This document shows, in pieces, positions 1 to 8,674 of a DNA stretch of 55,417 bases (position 1 is its first letter; the number at the start of each line of letters is the position of its first letter). A program made the position numbers and the translations under genes. Below the pieces are notes generated by a model, which worked only from the letters and a program-made list of their open reading frames with translations, was not told where the DNA came from and did not search any database. The stretch spans positions 1 to 55,417 of the forward strand of contig JAHQVL010000074.1 in assembly GCA_019634345.1 (NCBI GenBank). Direction: 5' to 3'. This stretch comes from Rhodothermaceae bacterium (GTDB taxonomy: Bacteria; Bacteroidota; Rhodothermia; Rhodothermales; JAHQVL01).

Positions 1-1
1 A

Positions 2-292
2 TGTATAGAAGAGATCCCTGAGCTAGAGCTTATTGCCCCTGCTGATTTATCTATTCTGGCTTTTGCGCTGAGGCTAAATGGGAGTAGTCTCCAAGAGAGA
101 AATAGAAGAACGCGGGCATTGTTGCAAGCGATAAATAAAAAGAACCGGGTCCATCTTACCGGAACTACCGTTAAAGGTCTCTTTGTCATCCGAGTGGCGA
201 TAGGTGTGTTTCGAACGCATAAACGGCAGATTGAGGTGTTATTGGAAGACGTCAAAAGTGCCATTCATACCCTTCATGAAGAAGTGTTATGA
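2..292 (+). CDS. C-terminal fragment of a group II PLP-dependent (aromatic-L-amino-acid-type) decarboxylase, 5' truncated by the window edge
   Basis: Frame 2 is open from the window start to TGA at 290-292: ...PELELIAPADLSILAF...RTRALLQAINKKNRVHLTGTTVKGLFVIRVAIGVFRTHKRQIEVLLEDV..., the typical small C-terminal domain of group II decarboxylases. Not in the ORF track. Confidence 0.75.
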   Translation, partial: CIEEIPELELIAPADLSILAFALRLNGSSLQERNRRTRALLQAINKKNRVHLTGTTVKGLFVIRVAIGVFRTHKRQIEVLLEDVKSAIHTLHEEVL

Positions 293-298
293 GTGGGT

Positions 299-1075
299 TT
301 ACGCATTCATGAGGTAGCGGACAAGCACAAGTACCAGGAATGAAGTGGTCATTAGAATAACAGAAAGTGCAATGGCTACATCCAGGTTCATTTCAAACCC
401 CAGGTAAATAGCGAGTGGCATGGTTTGAGTCCGTCCAGGGAAGTTGCCGGCAAAGATGATGGTAGCGCCAAATTCACCCAGTGCCCGAGCCCAGGTCAGC
501 ACTGCGCCTCCAATAAAAGCGGGTCTAGCAATGGGTAGTGCGACGAATCTCAACGTTTGCCATGTCGTTGCTCCGTCTAACAAGGCAGATTCAATCAACT
601 CATCACGCACTTTTGAAATACCTACGATAGCTGAGCGAATAAACAAAGGTGCTGCTACAAACACCTGGGCCATAACGACGGCTGCTTGAGTAAATGGAAT
701 CTGGAGGCCGAAATATTCTCCGATAAAACCGTTCCTCCCAAAGGCAATCAACAAAGCAACTCCAGCAACAGCAGGAGGGAGGACCATCGGCAAGTCGATT
801 AGGGTTTCGATGGTTCTTCGAAGAGGGAAATCACGCCGTGCGAGGACCAGTGCGAGCGGCGTACCAAGAATTACAGTAAGTGTAACAGTGATTAAGCTTG
901 TTTTTAGGCTTAATGCTATTGCGCGAGATGCAGTTGGGGTAGCAAGGTTGGCTACGATTTCGCCGGGCCGGCTTTGGAGAAGAATAGCTGCCAGTGGAAG
1001 GATCAAAAAAGTGAGCAACGGCAAGCTCATGAGCCACCAGGAAGGACCGATGCGAAGAGCTGTGCGGCGGGACAT
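299..1075 (-). CDS. modB: Molybdate ABC transporter permease
   Basis: DLPMVLPPAVAG, EAA-like loop (ESALLDGA) and WARALGEFGATIIFAGN motif. Start moved to ATG at 1075, just after the modA stop. Confidence 0.92.
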   Translation of the reverse strand: MSRRTALRIGPSWWLMSLPLLTFLILPLAAILLQSRPGEIVANLATPTASRAIALSLKTSLITVTLTVILGTPLALVLARRDFPLRRTIETLIDLPMVLPPAVAGVALLIAFGRNGFIGEYFGLQIPFTQAAVVMAQVFVAAPLFIRSAIVGISKVRDELIESALLDGATTWQTLRFVALPIARPAFIGGAVLTWARALGEFGATIIFAGNFPGRTQTMPLAIYLGFEMNLDVAIALSVILMTTSFLVLVLVRYLMNA

Positions 1076-1076
1076 A

Positions 1077-1880
1077 TCAGGCAGGATCCTCGGAGATAAA
1101 GCCATGTTTTGCAAGAATGCGTTGGCCCTCGTGTGAGCGTACGTACACGGTAAATGCCTGGGCAATCTCTGGGTAGCTGCTATCGGATAGGGTCGCTATG
1201 GGGTATACCGTATTGAGGTTCAGCGGATCAGGAATGTTTACCGGAAGCACTGAAGGGTTACCTGTAAGGTCGCTGGTATAGACAATTCCTGCGTCAGCTT
1301 CTCCGAGCGATACCTTGGTAAGCACAGCTTGCACATTTTGCTCATATGAGGCGACATTCGCCAGTACATTTTCTTTATAAGAATCTTCAATCAACAGAGC
1401 AGCTCTATCAAGGAAGGAATGGGTATAGTGACCAATTGGCACTCCTATATCTGCTAGGACGATCAACAACCCTGGTTTGGCTAAATCCTCTATAGTATGT
1501 AGATTCGCGGGATTGCTGGGTGGAATTATGGCCGATAGCTTATTATGGGCAAAAGCATGAGGGGTACCCCCTTTGATTCGACCCGATTCAATTGCTGTCT
1601 GCATTTGCAGCCGATTCGCGCTTGCAAACACATCCGCGGGAGCTCCGAGCTTGATTTGTTGAGCCAACTGCTGCGAGCCCGCAAAATGAAGTATTACTTG
1701 AACACTGGGGTTGGTCGTTTCAAAGGCGTCAGCAATTTCTGTAAACGCATTCGTTAATGAAGCTGCAGCAAATACAGTCAGTTTAGCCTGATTATCAGGA
1801 GTGGGTGGAGTAGCGCTTTTGCGGAAATCACATCCTGCCAGCAGGCCACAAACGATAAGAATCCAGATGGAAGAGCGCAT
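1077..1880 (-). CDS. modA: Molybdate ABC transporter substrate-binding lipoprotein
   Basis: Lipobox LAGC; VFAAASL, FAGSQQL, GAPADVFASAN, VPIGHY and GEADAGIVY motifs. Start placed at ATG 1880. Confidence 0.92.
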   Translation of the reverse strand: MRSSIWILIVCGLLAGCDFRKSATPPTPDNQAKLTVFAAASLTNAFTEIADAFETTNPSVQVILHFAGSQQLAQQIKLGAPADVFASANRLQMQTAIESGRIKGGTPHAFAHNKLSAIIPPSNPANLHTIEDLAKPGLLIVLADIGVPIGHYTHSFLDRAALLIEDSYKENVLANVASYEQNVQAVLTKVSLGEADAGIVYTSDLTGNPSVLPVNIPDPLNLNTVYPIATLSDSSYPEIAQAFTVYVRSHEGQRILAKHGFISEDPA

Positions 1881-2027
1881 AGAAGTATATTCAGAGCCTG
1901 AGTAAGCCGAATCTACGCCCATTACCTCTAAGAATCAAACTGGTTTCGGTGGTTAGTCTTCATCTCCCATTGTATCTTTTGCGGTGTAATTTGCGATGTT
2001 TGAGTACCAATAACGTTTTCCTAAATT

Positions 2028-2174
2028 ATGGACCCCGATTCTCTTCAAGAAGTAGCGTCTAAAGTACAACAAATGGGAGCAGTCTGCGCATTGCTTGGAG
2101 GCTTACCCTTTTCAGCTGCTATTTCGCTATTGGCGAGTGGGGCAGTCAGAATCATTTTCATATTTGTCAATTAG
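2028..2174 (+). CDS. Small hydrophobic ORF (48 aa) or truncated membrane-protein remnant
   Basis: ATG 2028 to TAG 2174 reads MDPDSLQEVASKVQQMGAVCALLGGLPFSAAISLLASGAVRIIFIFVN and ends 4 nt before the add ATG. It is shorter than any ORF in the track. Confidence 0.4.
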   Translation: MDPDSLQEVASKVQQMGAVCALLGGLPFSAAISLLASGAVRIIFIFVN

Positions 2175-2178
2175 TCTG

Positions 2179-3213
2179 ATGAGAGATCGCATCTATACGA
2201 ATACTGAAGTTTCGGATTATCTTGCAGAGCGGTTGAGGGCTATGCCAAAAATCGAATTGCACGTTCACTTGGAAGGGGCTACAGATGCAGAAACAGTCTG
2301 GGCAATGGCAAAGAAAAATAACGTCTCTTTGCCAGCAACCAGCCTGGATGAGTGGAAAGCAATGTATGCATTTCGAGACTTTAATCACTTTGTTGAAATT
2401 TACATCCAGGCAGCAGAGTGTATGAAAACCCCAGAAGATTTTACCTTCATGACGGAGCGTTTTTTGAAGCACCAATCCTCTCAGAATGTGCGGTATTGCG
2501 AAGTTTTTTTAAGCGCTTCTTTGTTGATCCAAAAATTTCCTTTTGATGAAATTATCGATGCGCTTCAGGAAGGGGCTGAGAGGGGAGAGAAAGAGACCGG
2601 GGTACAAATCCGATTCATCCCTGATATCGCAAGGCATGTTCCTGAGACAAGCCAGGGCGTTCTAGACTTTGTTCTTGCAGGTCAAAAGAAAGGACTGTTT
2701 TTAGGATTGGGCTTAGGCGGGCCGGAAGTAGGTTTTCCACCCGAGTTATTCACTGAAGTGTATGAGGAAGCACGGAAGAGTGGTTTGAGAGTAGTTGCTC
2801 ATGCAGGAGAAACTGTAGGGCCAGAAAGTGTGTGGGGAGCTATACATGCCTTAAAGTCAGAGCGTATTGGACATGGCGTCAGATCAGTGGAGGATCCTGA
2901 ACTGATGGATTATTTGGCCGAGGTCCAGATTCCTTTGGAAGTGAACCCAGTGAGTAACTATCGTCTTAAAGTAGTGCCTTTGGATCAACCTCATCCAATC
3001 CGTGAACTGGTAGATCATGGAGTGTTTGTAACTGTAAATAGCGATGATCCACCCATGTTCTCTACCGATCTTAACAGAGAATATCTTTTGCTGGCACAAC
3101 AAGGGTTTACCTGGGAGGAGTTGTGGCAACTCAATAAGAACGCCATAGAAGCGAGCTTTCTAGGCGAAGAAGAAAAACAAGCCTATCGATCTGAATGGAA
3201 TCAATCGTATTAA
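2179..3213 (+). CDS. add: Adenosine/adenine deaminase family protein
   Basis: PKIELHVHLEG, HAGE, RIGHG and NSDDP metal-binding motifs. ATG 2179 preferred over TTG 2095. Confidence 0.9.
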   Translation: MRDRIYTNTEVSDYLAERLRAMPKIELHVHLEGATDAETVWAMAKKNNVSLPATSLDEWKAMYAFRDFNHFVEIYIQAAECMKTPEDFTFMTERFLKHQSSQNVRYCEVFLSASLLIQKFPFDEIIDALQEGAERGEKETGVQIRFIPDIARHVPETSQGVLDFVLAGQKKGLFLGLGLGGPEVGFPPELFTEVYEEARKSGLRVVAHAGETVGPESVWGAIHALKSERIGHGVRSVEDPELMDYLAEVQIPLEVNPVSNYRLKVVPLDQPHPIRELVDHGVFVTVNSDDPPMFSTDLNREYLLLAQQGFTWEELWQLNKNAIEASFLGEEEKQAYRSEWNQSY

Positions 3214-3216
3214 ATT

Positions 3217-3975
3217 ATGCCAGACACAGTCCCTACAGAGTTAGATAAAGCCTTGATGCTCGTTCAGGAAAATCCCGACGAGGTCCATGTATTTTACAAC
3301 ACCTTTCTAAATAGTGTGCTATATCTGCCTACTCATGATGCACCTGAATCTAATAGAGAAGGAGTAGCTTCTTCCGGGAAAGAATTACGGCCTATTTTCA
3401 CCCAGAGTGGCGATACCATTTTTCTAATGCTATTTGACTCCTTAGACCGATTAAGCGCCTGGGCGGAGAAAGATATGGGGTATGTGGGACTAGAAGGGCA
3501 TGCATTATTGGACATAATGGATCCAAAATTTCATTGGTATTTGAACTATGGGACTGAATACGGACATGAATTTGGGTCAGATGAGATTCGATGGTTAAAA
3601 TCAGCTGTACAGCGTGCTGCTACCCATAAGACCCATACGCTGGAAGAGGATACAGAAGTCTTAACGGGTAAACCTAAAGAAGTGCCTGACGGCTTGATTG
3701 AAGCGCTAGAACAAGTTGCTGAACACTATGCGGCAATCGAATTGGCTTCTCTAGGACAGATGTTTATCGTTGGGAAAATGAATCATCCTGAACTTGCCCT
3801 TGCAATCAGGTATGATGAGATTACAGATGAGATGCGTGAGAAGATATTATCTGACTTTACCACTGCTGCTCGCAGCATTATTGATGACGCTGAGGAGTTC
3901 TGGATATTAAGTTCTGGTGAGTCCAGTCATGCAGACAGTTTGTTAAACGGTGTCGCGCCTTTTTATAAACGATAG
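3217..3975 (+). CDS. SseB family protein (N- and C-terminal SseB domains)
   Basis: FYNTFLNSVLYLP...LFDSLDRL...LNYGT N-domain, then a GKPKEVP linker and C-domain. Confidence 0.7.
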   Translation: MPDTVPTELDKALMLVQENPDEVHVFYNTFLNSVLYLPTHDAPESNREGVASSGKELRPIFTQSGDTIFLMLFDSLDRLSAWAEKDMGYVGLEGHALLDIMDPKFHWYLNYGTEYGHEFGSDEIRWLKSAVQRAATHKTHTLEEDTEVLTGKPKEVPDGLIEALEQVAEHYAAIELASLGQMFIVGKMNHPELALAIRYDEITDEMREKILSDFTTAARSIIDDAEEFWILSSGESSHADSLLNGVAPFYKR

Positions 3976-4027
3976 GGTGAAATTCTCTTTCATGCATCAC
4001 GAAATCAACTTCTACATTGGTAGTAGG

Positions 4028-4165
4028 CCGTCACGCTTCCTATTGGTCCTATATCACAAGTGATCATGGACCGTCACACTTCCTATTGGTCCTATATCAC
4101 ACGTGATCATGGACCGTCACACTTCCTATTGGTCTTACTTCACAAGTGATTATAGAGCGTCACAC
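4028..4165. repeat. Non-coding tandem array of three 43-bp units plus a partial fourth, each with a 28-nt imperfect palindrome
   Basis: Units start at 4028, 4071 and 4114, with a partial at 4157. Consensus CCGTCACACTTCCTATTGGTCCTATATCACAAGTGATCATGGA. Confidence 0.95.
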
Positions 4166-4239
4166 CAAATAGTCCACAACTTCCAGTACGCATCTGAGTA
4201 CAAAGCGGGATTATTTTTTTAATACTTTCTTGAGGTTGG

Positions 4240-4938
4240 ATGTCTTCACGATTTGAGTTGATCGCGTTTGATGCGGATGATACGCTTTGGCATAATGAAA
4301 TCGTTTTTCAGTCAACGCATAAACGTTTCGTTTCCTTGCTTGAAAAATATCACGAGCCTGAATGGATATTAGAGCGGTTATTTGCGACAGAAATTCAAAA
4401 TTTGAAGCATTTCGGGTACGGGATAAAAGGGTTTACATTGTCGATGATTGAAACGGCGGTTGAGTTAACAGAGGGCCGTGTTTCTGGGAAGGAGATTCAA
4501 TATATCGTTGAAATGGGCCGTGATATGCTGGCGCATCCCGTGGAGTTACTCGAAGGAGCTAAAGAAGTAGTTGAAGAAATAGCGGGCTCCCATCCGATTA
4601 TGCTGTTAACGAAAGGTGACTTGTTAGATCAGGAGACAAAACTTGCTCGTTCTGGCCTGGGAGACTTGTTTTCTGATATAGAAATCGTGTCAGAGAAAAA
4701 TGTGGATACCTATGCTGCAGTGCTTGAGCGTCAGAAGGTCCATCCTGAAAAGTTCTTAATGGTTGGTAATTCAATTAAATCAGATATCATCCCTGTTCTG
4801 GAAGCCGGTGGGGAAGCTGTCTATATCCCTTATAAGACCACCTGGGCGCACGAGCAAGTCCCTGAAAAGGAAGTGAAACAGCATCAGTTTACCCGTTTGG
4901 GAAGCATTCAGGAATTACCGCCCTGGCTAGGAGGATGA
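4240..4938 (+). CDS. HAD family hydrolase
   Basis: Motif I FDADDTLW; TKGD; motif IV MVGNSIKSDI. Confidence 0.9.
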   Translation: MSSRFELIAFDADDTLWHNEIVFQSTHKRFVSLLEKYHEPEWILERLFATEIQNLKHFGYGIKGFTLSMIETAVELTEGRVSGKEIQYIVEMGRDMLAHPVELLEGAKEVVEEIAGSHPIMLLTKGDLLDQETKLARSGLGDLFSDIEIVSEKNVDTYAAVLERQKVHPEKFLMVGNSIKSDIIPVLEAGGEAVYIPYKTTWAHEQVPEKEVKQHQFTRLGSIQELPPWLGG

Positions 4939-4939
4939 C

Positions 4940-5557
4940 ATGCAAGAATCATTTGAACATATCGAAAAACAGACCCTCGATGTGTACAGAAGAAATGCCG
5001 CCGCATTTGATCAGCAACGTCATAAAGGGCTGCACGAACGGGGGTGGCTAGAGCGATTCGCTGCCCTTCTACCACCAGGAGGATCGGTGTTGGATGTGGG
5101 CTGCGGTGCTGGTGAGCCCATTGCGCAGTATTTCATCGACGAAGGTTTTCAGGTTACAGGTATTGATTTTTCCGAGCCAATGATTGAATTGGCCGAGGCG
5201 AGGTATCCTGAAAATGATTGGATTTGTTGCGACATGCGAGCGTTTGATTTTGAAAGCAGGTTTGATGGAATTATTGCGTGGAATAGCTTCTTTCACCTCA
5301 CGCAGAATGATCAGCGTAGCGTTCTCAAGCGTTTTGTACAGCACTTGGCTGCTGGGGGGGTATTGATGATCACGGTAGGGCCGGAAGCCGGGGAAGTCTT
5401 GGGGCACGTCAATGGCGAAAAAGTGTATCATGCAAGCCTGTCGCCTGAAGAATACACGGCTATCTTGAAGCAATCAGGTTTGGATGTGGTAGAGTTTGTC
5501 TTTGAAGATGAAACCTGTGATTTTCAGACGGTATTGTTGGCTAAACGGAGTACCTGA
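4940..5557 (+). CDS. Class I SAM-dependent methyltransferase
   Basis: VLDVGCGAG, GIDFS, DMR and FDGIIAWNSFFHL motifs. Confidence 0.9.
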   Translation: MQESFEHIEKQTLDVYRRNAAAFDQQRHKGLHERGWLERFAALLPPGGSVLDVGCGAGEPIAQYFIDEGFQVTGIDFSEPMIELAEARYPENDWICCDMRAFDFESRFDGIIAWNSFFHLTQNDQRSVLKRFVQHLAAGGVLMITVGPEAGEVLGHVNGEKVYHASLSPEEYTAILKQSGLDVVEFVFEDETCDFQTVLLAKRST

Positions 5558-5588
5558 AGCCTGGTATTTACAAAATCTGTAAGTGAAG

Positions 5589-5615
5589 TGTAACCTATTT
5601 GTAGCTAGGTACGTC
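5589..5615 (+). promoter_or_regulatory. Putative ECF sigma-factor promoter for the DUF4097 gene
   Basis: TGTAACC (5589-5595), N16, CGTC (5612-5615) fits the general ECF AAC...CGT pattern. It ends 46 nt before the ATG. Confidence 0.55.
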
Positions 5616-5661
5616 TTGATAAACAGCTACCTATATATAAATTACTGCACTTTACAAAGCC

Positions 5662-7110
5662 ATGCTTACTCACGACATTCGATCATCTGACGACATCCGC
5701 ACTTCTGAAGACATCCGCTCATTTGCCGATATCCGCTCAAACGAGGACATCCGATCCTATAGTGATATCCGTTCAAACGAGGATATTCGTTATTCAGGTG
5801 ATATCCGCTACAACGGCGACATTCGTTTTGCGAGCGACATTCGCTCAAGAGGTGATATTCGCTTCTCCGGAGATATTCGTTCAAAGAGTGACATTCGTAA
5901 CATGAGCGACATTCGCAACGTGGGTGACATTCGTTCGAAAAGCGATATCCGATCCAACATAGATATTCGATCCGTTCACGATATCCGCTCATCCCTGTAT
6001 GCAATGATGGTTGCGTGTTTGCTCGCTATTGTATTCGTTCCCAGTGCCTCTGCATTGAGTTTAACTGAGGACCCCTCTTCGGTGAAAGACGGAGAATTGA
6101 TGATGGAAGAGACCTATCAGGTAAGTGCCGGAGAAAACCTGGTCGTATCGGTTTTTGATGCTGATGTAGAAATTGAAACCAGCGAGGGATCAGAAGCCGT
6201 AGTGGAGGTTTATTTAGATGGGCGGAATATGAACAAGGCCAAGGAATTTTTCGAAGATCAAAACTTCGAAATTACTCGAGAAGGCATTAACGTCTATATT
6301 AAAACCTATCCCAGGAGGAAAAACTACAACTGGGACCAGACTGGAGGCGCTAACATCCTTGTTAAGGTGCTGATTCCAGCTGAGTTTAATGTGAACGTTA
6401 AAACCGATGATGGTGATATTTTTGTAGATGATATAGAGGGTGAAGTTCTAATCGCTACTTCTGATGGCGATATTTCTACTGGAGAAATGGTAGGCCCAGA
6501 AATCAATATTCGCACGTCGGACGGGGACATCAACTCAGAAAACCTAGATGCTACCGGTGTGACAATTATTACATCCGATGGCGACATCACCGTGGACAAT
6601 ATAGTTTCTGATGAGCTAACTGTTCGCACATCAGACGGCGATATATCTGCAAAATATCTTTCTGGTGTTACTTCTATCTCTACTTCTGATGGAGACATTG
6701 ACCTGCGATCTGTTGAGGGAGAGGACATCAAAGTACGTACGTCCGATGGCGAAATTCGAGTAGATGAAGTAAACGCTAATTCATCTATGTTCACTACGTC
6801 CGATGGAAATATTCGACTAAATGACGTATCAGGCGAGTTGACCGCAAAGACGTCTGATGGTAATCTGAATATAAGCCTTGCCAACGCTACAGATATCAAT
6901 CTGCGAGCCGGAGATGGCGACGTGTTCATAACCGCTCCTCGGGATTACTCTGCAGAGCTATATCTGAGAGGAGAGCGTGTTGAGATGTCTTCTCGCTTTC
7001 GATTTAATGGGACATTGAAGAAAAATCAGGCGAATGGCGAAATTAATGGAGGGGAATATTCACTAGAAGCAAGATCTAGTGGTGGTAGAGTTGTTTTGGA
7101 TGGAAATTAG
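5662..7110 (+). CDS. DUF4097/adhesin-like beta-strand repeat protein with an N-terminal 18x DIRxxx extension ahead of a signal-peptide-like segment
   Basis: About 10 repeats of T(S)DG(D/E/N)I at roughly 18-20 aa spacing. Hydrophobic segment LYAMMVACLLAIVFVPSASA with an AxA end at residues 112-131. Confidence 0.8.
   Translation: MLTHDIRSSDDIRTSEDIRSFADIRSNEDIRSYSDIRSNEDIRYSGDIRYNGDIRFASDIRSRGDIRFSGDIRSKSDIRNMSDIRNVGDIRSKSDIRSNIDIRSVHDIRSSLYAMMVACLLAIVFVPSASALSLTEDPSSVKDGELMMEETYQVSAGENLVVSVFDADVEIETSEGSEAVVEVYLDGRNMNKAKEFFEDQNFEITREGINVYIKTYPRRKNYNWDQTGGANILVKVLIPAEFNVNVKTDDGDIFVDDIEGEVLIATSDGDISTGEMVGPEINIRTSDGDINSENLDATGVTIITSDGDITVDNIVSDELTVRTSDGDISAKYLSGVTSISTSDGDIDLRSVEGEDIKVRTSDGEIRVDEVNANSSMFTTSDGNIRLNDVSGELTAKTSDGNLNISLANATDINLRAGDGDVFITAPRDYSAELYLRGERVEMSSRFRFNGTLKKNQANGEINGGEYSLEARSSGGRVVLDGN
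5671..5994 (+). repeat. 18 x 18-bp coding repeat (xDIRxx hexapeptide)
   Basis: GAY-ATY-CGH recurs every 18 nt from 5674 to 5988 with no indel. Confidence 0.95.
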
Positions 7111-7270
7111 TAGCCTTGGGATAAGTTATTCATCTGTAGTGGGATTTGGGTTTGAAGAATGGGTACATCTCTTGCTCTGATGTGAGTATGTATCTTGATC
7201 TTTAACCTGAAATACGAGCAAATCAGTTTGAATGCGACGCGTTCTCTGGTTGTGAAGGGCAACGAATTCG

Positions 7271-7558
7271 ATGAATACAACGGAAGCATTTTATCTATTT
7301 GCTGAAGAAATAGTCGATAGCTTGAAGACTGTGCCTTTTAAAGAGTTGAATAGCTATGAAGGCCGGGAATATACGTGGAAGAAAGGCCGTAGAGAAGGTT
7401 CTCTTTCCATTACTATCGAAATAATTTCCCCCGAATACAAACGTGTGACTATCGATGGTAGCTTGCCGGGACGCATCTTTAGATCTCAGGGGCATCCATT
7501 TAGAAAAAGATTTCGCGCTTACGAAAATGGTGTACGCGTGCCAGAGGCACAAGAATAG
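7271..7558 (+). CDS. Hypothetical protein (95 aa)
   Basis: ATG-started ORF that fills the gap and ends 3 nt from the convergent DinB gene. No recognised motif. Confidence 0.55.
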   Translation: MNTTEAFYLFAEEIVDSLKTVPFKELNSYEGREYTWKKGRREGSLSITIEIISPEYKRVTIDGSLPGRIFRSQGHPFRKRFRAYENGVRVPEAQE

Positions 7559-7561
7559 GCA

Positions 7562-8119
7562 TTATCCTGTGCTTTTCTCACGATGTTGAGTTTCTAATGT
7601 GCTAAGGATACCCTGAATTTGATGCATGTGCTTATCAAAATGGATTTGAAGCATGTAAATCGCTTCCGAAGGAGTTATCGGCCCTGAAACGGGGTGGATG
7701 AATACGGCTTTTTTTAGATCGGGTTGTGAACGGTTCAGGATGAATTCGCGTAGCCATATTTGATTTTGATTCCAGGAACCAAGCAAGTCACTGAGAGAAG
7801 TTAGGCCAGTGGGTTTCATGTTCTTGTCTGGAACGTCTACTTTAAATCGGCGGCTTTTGAGGATAAATATGACTACCCGGTAAAGGAGTCTATTACTGAG
7901 TCCTTTCTTGATAGGTATTAAAGACTCTGGATCGGGGAAGCCTTTAAATACGATCTTCTCAGCCAAAACGAGGTGTTCTACAATTTCAAGAATAGACCAG
8001 GAGCCTGGTGTAGGACGGGTTGATAGTTGTTCAGGAGTTAGTTGGTTTAACTGGTTTACAAAAGACTGTCTGTCTATTGAGAACGCATCGAGCCGGCTTA
8101 GCAGTTTTGTTTTAATCAT
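7562..8119 (-). CDS. DinB/DUF664-like family protein
   Basis: WSILEIVEHL, HPVSG and HFDKHMHQI histidine pattern. Confidence 0.85.
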   Translation of the reverse strand: MIKTKLLSRLDAFSIDRQSFVNQLNQLTPEQLSTRPTPGSWSILEIVEHLVLAEKIVFKGFPDPESLIPIKKGLSNRLLYRVVIFILKSRRFKVDVPDKNMKPTGLTSLSDLLGSWNQNQIWLREFILNRSQPDLKKAVFIHPVSGPITPSEAIYMLQIHFDKHMHQIQGILSTLETQHREKSTG

Positions 8120-8143
8120 GAATTAAGATGCGTTAGCCAATAT

Positions 8144-8674
8144 TTACCCTTCTCGCCACACAGCTTGATTTCCGGTGCTATCAAAGACACATAACTTGTC
8201 TCCACTTTCAAGAGCACCGAGCATATAATAAAAGGCGTCTTTTGATGAAATAGAGGCGCTTATATACCAGGTCGATTTACTGATAGGCGCCCAGGTGCCC
8301 AGATTGGTGATGTGCTCCAGGACTTTTTGCTGGTTTTTGTCCGGTTGATCAAGGGAGAAGGAGATAAAGATATTGTTCTGATAGGTCCATTGGGCAGCAA
8401 GAAGATCGGAAAGGGGTTGCCTGAGATGCCATTTTGCATAACGAGCGACAGGATCGAGCACTAAGAGCCCCGCCGTGCTATCTATTCGTCTATCCATCAT
8501 CGACGTATTGATCACTCTGAAGGATTCCTGAAGGTCCTGGCTAGAGCGTAAGTGCCATAAAGCGGTTCCGAGATAGACTGAGGGTCCGAGGGATTCAATT
8601 ACAGGTAGTACAGTTTTGTATCCGGGGTCCTTCTCCTGCAAACCGAGCGCCACATACAATGGGGTGTTTTCCAT
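8144..8674 (-). CDS. Hypothetical protein made of two tandem Cas2/VapD-like ferredoxin-fold domains
   Basis: The two halves align to each other (see finding). The family resemblance is from recall, not from a search. Confidence 0.55.
   Translation of the reverse strand: MENTPLYVALGLQEKDPGYKTVLPVIESLGPSVYLGTALWHLRSSQDLQESFRVINTSMMDRRIDSTAGLLVLDPVARYAKWHLRQPLSDLLAAQWTYQNNIFISFSLDQPDKNQQKVLEHITNLGTWAPISKSTWYISASISSKDAFYYMLGALESGDKLCVFDSTGNQAVWREG

Noticed and set aside
1881-2027. Moco/Tuco riboswitch or ModE box upstream of modA
   Set aside because: Only an isolated GAAAC is present; I could not find the conserved stems or a ModE dyad by eye. An Rfam scan would settle it.
4028-4165. CRISPR array
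   Set aside because: The linkers are essentially identical and only 15 nt long, so there are no unique spacers. No cas operon is present.
5666-6004. Minus-strand Cys-rich repeat ORF (ECR/EYP/GYR) as a RiPP or metallothionein
   Set aside because: It is the antisense shadow of the DIR tract; wobble variation is synonymous only in the + frame.
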